Shown in pieces: positions 23,301 to 34,707 of a stretch of DNA of 64,000 nucleotides (position 1 is the first letter of the stretch; every line of letters begins with the position of its first letter). Location of the stretch: contig CM120641.1 of NCBI GenBank assembly GCA_051362555.1, forward strand, positions 16,554,001 to 16,618,000. Direction: 5' to 3'. The DNA comes from Lingula anatina (taxonomy: Eukaryota > Animalia > Brachiopoda). A program made the translations under genes and the position numbers. Below the pieces are notes generated by a model, which worked only from the letters and a program-made list of their open reading frames with translations, had not been told where the DNA came from and searched no databases.

Positions 23301-26300
23301 CTGAGGTGACTGCCCTCCATTTATTAAAAGAAATGTGATATACTCCTTAAAAACTAGAATATTTTTTCTCAGTGAGACCAGTTTTTAATTTCTAAAATCA
23401 CCCATTTTCCTAGCAGTAGATACAGAAACAAAAAACCATCTAAGAGAATGCATTGGTATTTATTTGTATTGGTTTTTATATAATTTTAAGATATAATTCA
23501 GTATATTAACAAATTTTAAATTGATTTGAAATGGTACGGCATGATGTCTTATACTGATTATCTCACTTTAGTGTTAGAATGATGCTTGAAGAGTATTTTT
23601 TATGTAGAATAGTGCATGTACTCAAAATCTCCTCAGTTGCTGCTTTAAAATAAGTTGAATACTAATTTTTATGTGATTGTAGGATTTTGCCCATGCTTGT
23701 TTGACTTAGAATTATAGTTCTTTTTCCCCTTATTTAAAGATGCATGTCTTTATTCTGTATGATACAAATTTGCTTTTAAATGTCAGCCGTCTATCAAATA
23801 TTAGATTATATTAACATTATAAGATTTGAGAATTAGCCAAGTTGGTGTGCTTTCAATTAAATTACTTATAGGGCCACTCTATGGGATTTTCCTGCCAAAA
23901 TGAAATTTACTGGGGTAAAGGGCAATTTTCTCCTACTCAAGAATTATTGCTTTGCCCATCCCTGCATTTGGATTTAATGTTTTATTATATTTATGATTTA
24001 ATACTTTAGCTTTAAATAACTGACCAGTCTAATTTACTACGTCTGCCGTCATGTACATTGCCTAGTTTTCACACAAGAAAATGGCCTAATGTTTTGTATT
24101 GCGCCTCTGTACTGTGTATAATACAGACATGAATATGATTGTGGGAGATTTTCAAACGGATGGAAAGAACCTCTACAAATTCATTTTGGTGGGAAAATCC
24201 CATGGAGTGGCCCTTTAATAAACACTTGGAGAGTTTCTCCATAGTCAGAAACTGCTCAAGCATGACCTGAAGTCCTTCACAGATAAAGAGTGCAATTGAA
24301 GATTTCTAGTGATTATAAATATGTGATATTTTGGAAATTATCATAGATCAATACTTCTACCTTTACCCTGGGCTTCCTCACAGTATGCTCTTGTAATAGA
24401 TAAAATATCAGCATTTCCCCGTTGGCATGCCACAGTTGTGGTTTTCCACAAAGATTGGCTAAACCCAGCGAGATACAAGACTGAAAGTTTTGGTAAGAAA
24501 AATGGTATTCATTGCCTTACCAAAATTTCTTTAAATGATCCACTTAATTCAGTGTTAGCTTTTTTTCATTGTTTTTATCATATATATCTCATCTGTATCA
24601 CATTTGTTGTTTTATATCTGCTTCACTTTCCTTGAATCTAGAATTTCCTTGTTTATAGCATGTTGACTTTTTGTGTGAATGGGTGTGGATAGGAACTAAC
24701 AGCTTTGCTTTAATTTTGTCTGTTTTCTGAGCACCTAACTTGCTGTGATGATTGAACATTGCTCCATTTTCATTTAGGTCCAAGTGATTGCATACCAGAC
24801 TACCATGTCTACCACACCATACATGCCATTCCAGTGCCAAAATATTATTCATTTGCTAGTCTGTTTAGCCAAATAGGCCATCATGATCAAAATACAATGG
24901 AAAAAGGTAGATACTGCAGTGGCCTAGACTGTAGTAATTTAATCGTAATATTTGTGAATTTTGAATTTCACCCATTTTGGTTTGCACATAACTGATAATA
25001 ACAATGATATTTTTTGTTAGTTTATTTCAATTTCACCTTGAATGATAAAAATTTTATTTCAAAAATAACATGTCACTTAGTAACCCATTTTGGTTCAATG
25101 GAATGCTTTAATTCGCAGATTGAATGCCATAAGAATGCGTGTTACAGACTGTAGTTCTACTTGAGTTTGGTATAAACATGTATGTACCTGTAGTGTAATA
25201 GTTTGCACCCAGTTTGTGATGCTGCATGATATGTTTGCAGTTGTTCAGTTGTGTCAGTGACCCAGTGTCTTGTGCCAGTGTGTAGTAGAGATAACAGCTG
25301 ACTCGCACTATGCTTGCACAGCTGTTGAGGCGGTACTCTTCTGAGCTCCGTGCAGTGGTGGTTGGGGATTTCTGGACATAATGGTTTATATTATTTTCTC
25401 TTTCTTAAAATCTGTTTACATTTCAGGTGGTGTTGTAAACCAAAACTGCTGGACTTGGTGCTTTTTGGGGATATTGATTTTATAATGTTTTTTAATAACA
25501 GACAAATAGATATATATTATATCAAAAAGACTGCATAAGGAACTGTCTCGGCTAATTTGAGTTCTTTTAAGGTTTAGTTATTGGCTAATCATAGTTTGAA
25601 ATGACAAGGAGATTTAAGTTGTATTGTTGAAAAAAATTACGGTTAAGTAAAAGTACAAGTGAATGAGTCGAAGACTAGAAATGGTACCCCATTTATGGAA
25701 TTCTATCTGTTTCAGAGCAGTTATTAAAAGTGTGGAGTTATTATACCCTCTTGAGCATTCTTCCTTTTGCATCTTCTCCCCCATACCAGCTTGTCTTCTC
25801 TTACCTCCACCCGGCTCTTATTGTTTTGCTACCACATGGGTATAAATGTACATACATGGTCCAGTTATGTTCAGTTTTGCATATTAATGGGTGAGAAGAC
25901 AGCTTGGTAAAGTGCAAAAGACTTCTGGCATGACAGTTGGTGGTACAAACTCTGCTGTTGATCAGTCCTTGTTGTGTCTCCTACGTAATGCTTTTTGGAG
26001 AAGAAGCTTTAAAACCAGTGTCCCTCTTTAACCTTGTTTACTAATGGAAAATCTGCTATGGATTGATATCCTGGAGTGAAAACTCTCAGTTGTCTTATGC
26101 TACAGAAACTAAAATTAAGCTCGGACCCATGGTGGACGGCCCCACCATATAGGTAACAGACCTTCATTAGTGAACCATACTGCCACCATTTGACTTTGTG
26201 CTTCATGTACTACAGATGTGTTTTAAAGAGAGGCTTTCATTCCAATGTTTTTCAAAGATTTCATTCTTGTCATTCATAATAGGAGGAAGTTTTAAATAAA

Positions 26301-27473
26301 ATGAAATGATGGATTAATGCAGTATGCCCTCATTTGGATGAAAAGTGTGAAATGATATGTCAGATTTACCCTTTAAAGTTTAACAAAAGAGTTCTGCTGT
26401 CTTGGACTGTGTTTGACTTGACTGAGTGTTTATAGGGGGCACTGCTTGGTGACGTGAAGATATTTTGCAGCCGTTGTCATAAGTTACTTGTTTTAGCAGA
26501 GGGTTGAAAATCACTTTTATCAAATACACCAATTATTATGAAAGTTAAGAAATTTTGAAAAAAAAAAAGAAGGGAGTTGGCAGTGTTATCAATGGGTCAG
26601 ATTGAGTGCTGGTTTGTAACAAATTCCAATATTTAATTTGCTCCCATTTATCATCCACAAATCATCACCACTATTTCTCGTGTTATTTTCATTTCAGCCA
26701 CCATCTCCCTGCCATGTGGCACAGGGTCAACTAACAGCAGTGCCCCGACCAGTCCCAGCCCAGGAGCTCCTAACAGCCCTCTCAAGTATAATGTCTACCA
26801 CACCATCCAGGGTCTGTCTGGACATCACAGGCACTCTTTTGCAGGGTTCCTAGGCAGGAAAAGAGGTAGATTGGGGAGTGGTGATTCTTTGGGTGAGTGC
26901 ATGTTGTATGTATGGACCTGTTGATCCTCCTCTCTCTTTCTTTGTAGTTTTGCCGTTGTGGTCACATCGTTAAATGTTTAAGTATCTTTTGTAGATTTAT
27001 CGTATTGTAAACCTAGTTTTGTCTTGATAATTTCATTTCTTGACCATTGTTTCATTTCAAAATTCAATTGACAAAATATCAGGAGGGCAATATCTTTTTC
27101 TTCCATCTGATAATATCTGAACGATTTGATTGGATTTTATATAAGTGGTACAAAATTATGTAGTTGAAGATAACTTTTTTCAAATTATTTAAGAAAAGTT
27201 GTATAATTTCAATGAATAAATAGATGGAGGGAGATTTCTTGGTTGAGGGTTGTAAAATTTACACGACAGTTCCTTAATATTTACATTTCTCATTATATGG
27301 GTGCTGTACCTTTTGCTTATTGCTGCTTGTGTTGTTGCTTTTTGCTGGTGGTGAAATCTTTTTCTCTTGGAGCAAGGTAAAAGATTATTTTTTAATATAA
27401 TTTGGATTTAGACAGCTGCCTTTTTGTCCTTTTTTTATCAGGAAGTTGATCAGATATATTATATTTTTTAATT

Positions 27474-27525
<52 letters not shown>

Positions 27526-30500
27526 TCCTAACTGGATTTAACATATTATTAAATACTGTGCATGAAAAAAGAATATAATGAATCAAATTATTTTTTTAGA
27601 ACCTTTTGACATAAAATTTGACCATTTGTACTTGAAAATGACACTGACCTCTTAATATGATAATGCTTCTGTTTTGATTATCGAAACACAGTTATGAAAA
27701 GTATACATATACCAATTTCAAAGTTATGATTTTTCTGTGTATGAATGTAAGTAAGGTCACTCACTGATAAAAATGATATTCATAATGTGTCAAATTAAAA
27801 CAAGTTTGCTGAAGTTTTCTACTCTGGCCTGATATAAAGAAACGAACTCCTTTTGATGAGCCAGTAGCATGTAGGCTACTTTGATAGGCTGAAAATGTAA
27901 TGAGTGTTTTTGTCATGATGCTGTAAAAGGTTTGCCTTGACCTTTTTTGATGTTTGAAAAGTGAACAATATAAGCATGGTAGCAATGCATGGCTTTAAAA
28001 GTGAAGATACTCATCCATTGGCTGACACAGGCAATGTTAGTATACTATCAACAAGGATGTAATCAAAAGAAGAATGAGGGCCTTGACTGATATATGTATT
28101 TCTGGGACCTAAGCAGTTGTCAGCTAAAGATCATCACTCTAGACTTGGGAGGTTTGTAGCTGTGTTTTGATGTGTGGATCTTGTTGATGAGATTTCATGG
28201 TGTCTTTGGTTTCTTTCCCACTCCAGGCTCATCGGGTAGTCTGTTTAGCACACGGTTAATTGGCAGTTCCTCCAGTACACCTAATTTGTATGATGAAGAG
28301 GGCAGGCAGATAGAGATGGGTATGTTGGTAAACATTTTGATTGACATAAGAAAAGGTCAATAAAGTTGTCATTATACCCATTTCCATGATTACTGTAATT
28401 ATAGCTTTTAACACTTGGCAGCAGAATGGAGTCACTTAGCAGGTGTGCAGAGCATATCACTTTTCAGAAATGTATCACTTCACTTATGTTAATGGTTCAC
28501 TTTGTTATTTGTTCTGTGGTCATTGGATTCAGAGTACTAAGGTCTTTGTAATTGTTGTAGTTGGTGAGCAAAAATGTTCATTAGCTTGGTAGCTGGATCA
28601 TAAATGAAAACTATCAAACACAAGCTGAAAAACCCTTGAATAGGGAGGGGGAGGGGGAGTCGATCTACCTGACATTATAAGAGGGTCCTGGCTGCTATAC
28701 CACCTAGCGTTAAGTGAGTAACAACATCTACTCAAATCAATCTGATGAAGGCCTACGTCCAGGTTGGCCATAAGCTGATGGTATGAAAGTTTTTTAGCTT
28801 GTGTTTGAAAATGTTCATTTTTGTTGTTATTGATGTTTTTCATTTCCATTTAATGTTGATGTTAAATGATAACTAGGACCATTTTGTTTGCTGTTGGCTT
28901 CCATGGTGATTTCCTGTGATGTTACCTTACCTTACCTTACACTTTCAAGGCATCAACAGAATTAATTTGTTTTGTCTCACATTAATAATCCCTGCTGTTA
29001 CCCTTATATATGTGTGTCCTTAAGTTTATCCAGTTTTGTAGCCATGTTGCTGATAAAGAAACCAATCAAGTCACTCTCTGAATTGAAATAACATTAAAAG
29101 CAGTAGTAATATTTTTTTATTCATATGTTCTGTAATCAGTTATTTGGAGTTTCTTGCAAGTTTTAAAATCATGATGTTTTCAAGTCCTATTATTAATACC
29201 ACAAAATATTTTTATTATATTTGGTTAACAAGTACTAACCTGTTGGACTGTTATTGTAAAATTATTCCTAGTAAGATTTTTAAGTGACAAATACTAATCA
29301 GTATGAATGCAAATAGGGATATACAGTTGAATTCGCTTCTAAAATTATAATAATAATAATTATTATTATAAGCTCTGTCTGTAAAATGAATTATGATTGA
29401 ATAATTGACTTAGATATACTTGCCAATTAAAGCCACTTGGGTATTTATTTAGGCATTTTGTTGGCCTTAATATAAAGTACTCCCTTTAACTTTTGATGCC
29501 AAAGTTAGCTAACAGGCAGCCTTATTTCAGATCACCTCGGCTTGTTAGATTTGATAAAATGTTCAGATTCATAGTGTCTGTGTCATTTTACTTGCAGAAT
29601 TGATGCTCCTTTAAGATACAAAGACCTTTGTTTAGCACTTTTTCCTTTAATCTGTCACCTATAAACAAAAATAAAATCATGTGATAGATGATTTATATGA
29701 TATAATGTATGATTGTAATGAAGTAAATAATTTGCTTTATATTTATGCCAATAGTCAGTTATCAGCTTGAACATAAGACCTATTCTATCCTATTAAGCAG
29801 TTGCATTGCTGAAAGAAAGCTCCTTGCTTCCCTGCAATTTTATTCCCTTGTAACATATGCACATTTATGGTTGTATATGCACCCCATGCTTTGTAAATGC
29901 AAATGTTGGCAACTGTTACTATGGGTGGTTATGTTTTAGCTTTGGCTTTGGGGCCCTGGCTTTGCAGGATCTCACCGCCTCCACAGTGTCTGCGGCTGTT
30001 ATATATATATCCATGGATTTTTAACTGTGGTTCAGTTACACGTAACCAAAACAATTCCAGTTTACTGGTGACATTGCCAACATTGGCCCAGCAGCAGCAT
30101 GATACCTGGCAATGTATGTTATGAATATAGAAGTCATAATGATGATGATTTCATGGGTTCTGTTTCACTGTAATCCCAGGTGTGGAGAGCTGTCCCAGGG
30201 TGCCAGAAATCCGCCCCCTAGAGACACTTCACAACTCCCTCACTCTGAAGCAGATGGAACACTTTCTACAGAAAATTACGGAGATGGTGTTTTACACCCC
30301 AAAATCGACACCCCCTCGTACCCCCAGAGGTGTACCCACTCCTGTAGGTGGAGCCAAGAAGAAGGGAATGCACTTACCAAGCTTAGGTAGGTAAATGGAA
30401 TGACTTATGTCCTGGAGAAGTCTTGGAATTTAAAATGTCTTTTATAATTTCTTTGAAGACTATGTGAAATTACTTCCATTACTTATAGTAAGAAAAAATT

Positions 30501-31089
30501 GGTAATGAAAACTTTTAGATAGGCAGTAGTTATAATATGTCTTGTGCCAGTGAATGCATTTATACTTGGGTGCCAGATTTTTTAAATCACAATCATTAAA
30601 ATGAATTATATTGAGATTACTTGAAGATGTTGACATTCTTGTCTTATGCTTATTGTTTTCTGTGCCATTGTTAGATTTGTAATTAGTCATATTTAGGAAA
30701 AGTACTAGTGTCATTTCACCTTCATTACAGGTTGTTCTTCCTCCAACTCCAGTGCTGGTCCATCCTCGCCTACATCTGGTTCTACTCCAGACGATATTCT
30801 CAACAAACTAAGACATTTAATAGACACTGCATCGAACAGGGACCAACACGAGAGTCAAACCACTGACCAGGAGAGCAGTAAAACCAGCACTCGCTGTAGT
30901 AGTCTGGCCAAATCACCAGGTGGTGGCAACAGCGATAAATCACCTGGTTTTAATTTCAGCGACAAGTCACCAGGGAGCAGCACTAATGACAGTCTAAATT
31001 TGGATAAGTCTTTGTGTGATTTAGACGCCACCTCAGCTGATGTAGAAGGTGCCACAGCTGATGTGGCAGATAAAATGAAGGTGTCTTGA
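142..31089 (+). CDS. PPIP5K: Inositol hexakisphosphate and diphosphoinositol-pentakisphosphate kinase (PPIP5K/VIP1), multi-exon
   Basis: Phase-consistent GT-AG exons: 142-216, 1104-1396, [3011-3096 or 3129-3214], 4081-4235, 4540-4641, 4954-5115, 5391-5512, 5734-5829, 6026-6112, 6346-6534, 6763-6866, 7262-7390, 14577-14698, 14906-15018, 15307-15373, 17150-17288, 17427-17653, 17975-18099, [18968-19082 or 19174-19288], 20800-20907, 21348-21470, 21750-21920, 22183-22342, 22619-22741, (optional 23163-23180, 24436-24492, 24778-24906), 26698-26865/26892, 28227-28319, 30180-30386, 30731-31089 (TGA). Motifs: [38 protein letters not shown] and [10 protein letters not shown] (ATP-grasp kinase); RHGDRTP and [13 protein letters not shown] (histidine acid phosphatase-like); PLETLHN (C-terminal). 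The start codon and tail exons are less certain. Confidence 0.96.
229..797. mobile_element. Foldback/MITE-type non-autonomous DNA transposon with long inverted arms and 8-bp TSD
   Basis: Arms ~229-486 and ~542-797 are reverse complements (GGTACTTTTGTAGTATACCCCC... / ...GGGGGTATACTACAAAAGTACC) around a ~55-nt spacer. AAATTTTC flanks both ends (221-228, 798-805). Confidence 0.9.
1672..1930 (-). mobile_element. Decayed Penelope-like retroelement 3' fragment (end of GIY-YIG endonuclease plus hammerhead remnant)
   Basis: The minus strand reads, with frameshifts, [48 protein letters not shown], resembling the Penelope C-terminus (KR..KEA.YI...LNRD.G..L..IW). It is followed by CTGATGAAGTC..GAACAAAA, a degenerate hammerhead core. 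Confidence 0.7.
3011..3096 (+). CDS. PPIP5K: PPIP5K alternative exon 3a (kinase domain)
   Basis: ttccatgcAG acceptor, GTAAGT donor, 86 nt, encodes [28 protein letters not shown]. Same phases as 3b. Confidence 0.82.
3129..3214 (+). CDS. PPIP5K: PPIP5K alternative exon 3b (kinase domain)
   Basis: Pyrimidine tract plus cAG acceptor, GTGAGT donor, 86 nt, encodes [28 protein letters not shown], which keeps the conserved PRY. Confidence 0.88.
7600..8200 (+). repeat. ~160-bp tandem core repeats (about 3.7 copies)
   Basis: CCGATAACACGATAAGTGG recurs at 7601, 7762, 7922 and (degenerate) 8083. Two further copies lie at ~11745-12050. Confidence 0.9.
8597..9332 (-). repeat. 157-bp higher-order tandem array (~4.6 copies) built of three double-hairpin sub-modules
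   Basis: TAGGCGGACAAAAATATT at 8801, 8958, 9115 and 9272 (period 157). Each period contains three GCCACTCA-[hairpin]-CGG modules with different stems. Confidence 0.93.
9556..10134 (-). CDS. SGNH/GDSL-family hydrolase (esterase), 192 aa, mobile-element encoded
   Basis: Intact ORF from caccATGg. Block I VLVIGHSF, block II HGIGGRT, block [12 protein letters not shown], block V DGVHLS; the catalytic S, G, N, D and H positions are all present. Confidence 0.9.
   Translation of the reverse strand: MAVLVIGHSFVHRLRSFLDQGRDVRAAKDFGFPNSVHWHGIGGRTVPKLVKYDLGILRRVRPDLVVLIIGSNDLSDRNVSPSNLCKDIEELARRFHDVFGVSHVVVNQVHHRLRPPHPSFNDQVDQLNILLADLPLRNPFISFWKNVGLRRVNRLHIKPDGVHLSDVGQYKLYRSLRGAIIRKASRLRVSLS
10355..10510 (-). 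promoter_or_regulatory. Putative Pol II promoter of the SGNH gene: CCAAT box cluster plus three 15-bp direct repeats
   Basis: GATTGG/CCAATC at 10362, 10397 and 10411-10422 (palindromic pair). TGCAGCAYTNAATCC at 10438, 10464 and 10495. A 50-nt GTAAGT..CAG intron (10197-10148) ends 13 nt before the ATG. Confidence 0.55.
10612..13500 (+). repeat. ~1.44-kb internal duplication and ~340-360-bp sub-repeats within the Helentron-type element
   Basis: TTTTCACATTTCCTCAGATTCAATT at 10613 and 12052. TTGGCATTTTCAAG.TGTGACTT near 11021, 11382, 12460 and 12798, and degenerate further on. Confidence 0.85.
11300..11340. repeat. poly(T) run, 41 nt
   Basis: Seen directly. The paralogous position (~12740) has ordinary sequence. 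Confidence 0.9.
15547..17091 (+). mobile_element. Non-autonomous Helentron-associated (HINE-like) element with 146-bp core repeats
   Basis: 5' GTACCACCAG (15553) with nearby inverted copy CTGGCGGTAC (15571), GC-rich microsatellite-like tract ~15610-15650, 146-bp repeats (ATATCTCCAAAACTGGCA at 16105, 16251, 16397, degenerate 16543) containing TGACCTTTGACCT, 3' subterminal IR CTGGTGGTAC (17043), hairpin AGAGGCG-gtat-CGCCTCT, end CTAGTT. Confidence 0.8.
17636..17822 (+). repeat. Degenerate ~40-bp minisatellite that repeats the exon/intron junction
   Basis: CCAMWG-GTAA units at 17648, 17687, 17710, 17751 and 17790, mostly preceded by a RACTT-like motif. Confidence 0.7.
18968..19082 (+). CDS. PPIP5K: PPIP5K alternative phosphatase-domain exon A
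   Basis: tttgtAG / GTAAGT, 115 nt, encodes [38 protein letters not shown]. Confidence 0.85.
19174..19288 (+). CDS. PPIP5K: PPIP5K alternative phosphatase-domain exon B
   Basis: ccttctAG / GTAAGT, 115 nt, encodes [38 protein letters not shown]. Confidence 0.88.
24778..24906 (+). CDS. PPIP5K: Putative PPIP5K cassette exon in the C-terminal tail
   Basis: catttAG / G-GTAGAT, 129 nt, phase 1-1, open frame. YHVYHTI...SFASLF is homologous to YNVYHTI...SFAGFL in exon 26698-26865. Confidence 0.6.
27476..27521. repeat. (AG)n microsatellite
   Basis: About 23 perfect AG units. Confidence 0.97.
28595..28823 (+). mobile_element. Truncated Penelope-like element (end of endonuclease plus pseudo-LTR with hammerhead remnant) with an inverted tail at its 5' end
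   Basis: Frameshifted [12 protein letters not shown](Y)KRVL at ~28635-28695, CTGATGAAGGCC..GGCCATAAGCT at 28742-28776, and inverted ends CAAACACAAGCT/AGCTTGTGTTTG. Homologous to 53253-53454. Confidence 0.65.
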
Positions 31090-34000
31090 AAACACTTCAT
31101 AATTGAGAATTGAATGAAAAGATGTCTGTTGCTCTGCTGTGTTAACAAAGAATGATCTCTTCTCAAATGATGTTATCTGTTAATGAAGAGTGGATATCAG
31201 CTGACAGCTGATTGTTTGTTCTAGACAAAACTAATGAATTATGAGTAAGAGTACTAATTTATTTGATGGCAACAGTGCCGGCAGTTCCATTAGTTAAGGT
31301 TCAAGTTGTCTGATCACTGAACATTTCAGATAATAACCCATGTGTCTATTATGAAAAAGAAAAAAAAAACTCCATTACTGGCATATGAGCTAGTATACGA
31401 ATTTTCATCTTGTTGAAAATGTGAATTCATCAGGAAGAGCAAAATCTGTCTGCATAGCCAACAAATAGATAGGAAAGGATTCAGTGTGGGCATTTAGAAG
31501 GGAGTAGCTGTATTTACATAGTCATTGATTTGTGAGAGATGTCTATTTCAGTAAGTGAAGTATGGCAAAGTAAATACAGTCTGACAGAATAGTCTACTTA
31601 TGTAAAGATATTGGAATAGCTTGCTGCAGGGAAAGGATACATTCTCTAAATAGTAGTGCTGTAACTTGAGTTTTGCAAACAGTTGAGCTGCTGCATTTTG
31701 GCTAATTCTGATATTGGGACTTCATCGAATTGTTTGGCTGGGGCACTGTCCTCGGAAATCATCAAAAATGAAAGTGGAGAGGCAATGTCCCACTCATAAT
31801 TGTGATACGTGTACCAAGTTAGTGTTGAAATGTAGTAGTTTTAACAGCCAGCATGATTAAATGGGAAGCATATAATTTAAAATCAGCCATTTCAAAAGTA
31901 TGCCATTATACAGTTGACTGCCAAAGATACTTTTTTACAAACCAGTGTTAATTTCAAGTTTGTTGACTCTTTATTTGTGCCACGTTTTCAATTTTGTTAC
32001 GTAGGATTTCCCAATATTTCCCCCAACTTCTTTTTTGCATTTATTTTTACTTACTAGTTTTGTTTCATCTAAGATGTTTTTTCCTGTGAATTGATTATTG
32101 AAAAGGTTTGTGTGCCTTTAAAGAGAGTGGATGTCCAAAACTGACACTATCATGAAGAATTCAACCTATGGGTTGCAATTTTTAAAATTATTTTTAATAG
32201 TCATTATAAGTTTATCACTCCATTTTGTTTGTTAAATATAATAATTTGTCAATGATTGTTCGAAAGTTTTTATACAGTACTTCATTTTATCTAATTTTTA
32301 CAAATACATTATTGCAGTTGAGTTTTGTAGGTAAATCTCTAATGTACCCTTATTTTCTGAATGACTACATAAATCGTGTTCAAGGGGAAACCAACGAACA
32401 AATATAACAATCATTTGAAGATTAGGTGATGGAATTCTTAGGGACATCTTCCTTTTGTTAGTATTGTCCAAATAAGTGAAGTGTTATCTAGTGTTCCAAA
32501 AACATTTAGTAACATGGTGCAATGTCAAAAGTTCACAGTAACCACACTTTATAGTAATTTGTCATCAGTATTTTCATTAAGTTGCACTGCCCTTTTATCA
32601 TCTTAGCACCATATTATGCTGAGTGACTTATTTCCAGTCTCAAGGTTTTTTTTTCTTGATGGGAACATTTGTAATCAGTTACCAAGCTATTCAGCACAAG
32701 AAATGTGTAACTGAATACAAGCATTTATGTAATTTCAAAAATTAGTTTATTTCAAATATGTACAATTGATTTACAGGTTCAGAGAAGCAAACAGTCAGAC
32801 TGTGGCACTTGTATCATGTTATCCCTGGTAGCCTCATGTTGTACATTCGGTGGTAACGAAGGACTGGCGAGTTCTCTATCCTGATGAAAACCTTTCATCT
32901 CAAACATTCTTAACTTATGGTATCATTGCTTTAATTGTGATCAGCCAGAATTTCAAGTTTCACATTTGGCAAGGAAAACGCTAAGTGCCATAACAATTGT
33001 TAAACAATAAAATCGGTTAATTCTAAGAAAACTTGTTATTGGGTCATTTTGTAATATGTGTTAATTTGTTAATTTTATCTTGAACTTATTTAACTTCCCC
33101 ATTAAGGTCAGTTTTGTTTACTAAGAAGTAATTAGGTAAAATAATTTCCAATAGGTAGCAAAAACATTTGATCAAAATAAACTGGCTTGGTGAGAGAAAT
33201 CATTCTGATCTTGAATGTATGCCACATATTATACACAATGCCATGTTTTATGATTAAAATTATGAAGTTTCACACAAACAATTCATTTGCATAAACGAAA
33301 CAAAAAAGTCAATAGACACAGCAGTATTGCCAAAAAGTTACACTAATGAAATCTATAATGTAGCCCGAATAATATAATTCATTCTAGAATATTTGAGAAA
33401 AAAAAGCTTAACACCCGAGTCAAACTGATGCTTCGTGAAATTAACTGGAAAACATAATTAGAAACCTTTAGAGTTAGTATTTGCATGCATAATATTTGTT
33501 TGCTGATTCAAAATATTAATCTTAATATGAATGGATTTGAGTAATGAATGGACTAGAGAGAACAGGATAACTTTATATTAATAAAAAAATACATACACCA
33601 TAAAATAAAAAAGTGTAAATTGCGAATGGTATACACTGAAAACATAAGAGATGATTTTTCCCCATTGTCAATTCAGAAGAAATGATAAATCAACAATGTA
33701 AACATTGTATCTTGTTTGTGAAAAAAAAAAGAAAAAAAATTGAACTTGTCCGGTCACAAGCACCACTTATTTTTTAAGTTTCCAATATCACAGGCTGCAG
33801 TGTGTTTAAACAAACAGAATGCGTCAATTTTGTGTACCTTATACTACAGTACTGTAAAATTTGTAGTCACAACATCTTTAAATTATTAAGTATCTGGCCA
33901 GCTTTAACTGCTAAATTATGTATAATATAACATTAAAACTGGATTACTATTATAAGCAGTATCAAAAAAGCTGTGAAAAGAGCTATCACCAAATAATGCT

Positions 34001-34218
34001 GCAAACAGTTTGAAATGGGAGAGTAAAAGCCTTCATATCATCCCCTTTTTAATTGCAAGCAGCCCTTAATATATATATATATAGATAAATTTGCAAAATA
34101 CTAAAATATGCAGTAACAGCTATATATAAAAAAATTAGAAATCTGGACCACAGGTATATACAATTTAGTTCTACAGGCTCCACGCCTGACCCGTGTGTTT
34201 TGGTAAGTAAAGCAGTAA

Positions 34219-34398
34219 TAACTAGAAAACACTCACAGAGCGCAAATCCCCACCATAATTGATTAACTCCTGGATCACCACCAAAATCTAATCGATTTTA
34301 AACCCATTTCTGGCCTCTTGAAAATTTCATCAAAATCCATTCATAATTTTTTGAGTTGGCCTGTTAACTTTCCAACTCTTAAGATTGGCAGAGGTAAT
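34219..34398 (-). mobile_element. Short HINE-like repeat in the probable NCX 3' UTR
   Basis: Starts AACTAGAAAA (the reverse of a ..CTAGTT end), contains AAATTTCATCAAAATCC and ends GGCAGAGGTAAT. Architecture resembles Helentron-associated elements; recognised by pattern only. Confidence 0.4.
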
Positions 34399-34707
34399 GC
34401 AATGAACCCTTAAAGTGAGATCCCTATACGTGGCTAAGGTAACAGTATTATATTACAAGTCTAAACTATTTTATCTGCCAATGAGGTTTGATTCAAGAGA
34501 TTTTCACAGCAAAAACAACACTTCACTGGCTTCACAACAACTTAAATTTAGCATAAGTTGCTATAGATCTGTCTATTGACACTATAATTGTTTTCTAATA
34601 TTATCTACTAGCTCATTACACTTACTGGCATATTTGTCTTATGGCCTTTTTATTTTAAAATTAATAATTTTGAATTAAAAGTCAAGTTATTTAATATTAA
34701 TCAATAA

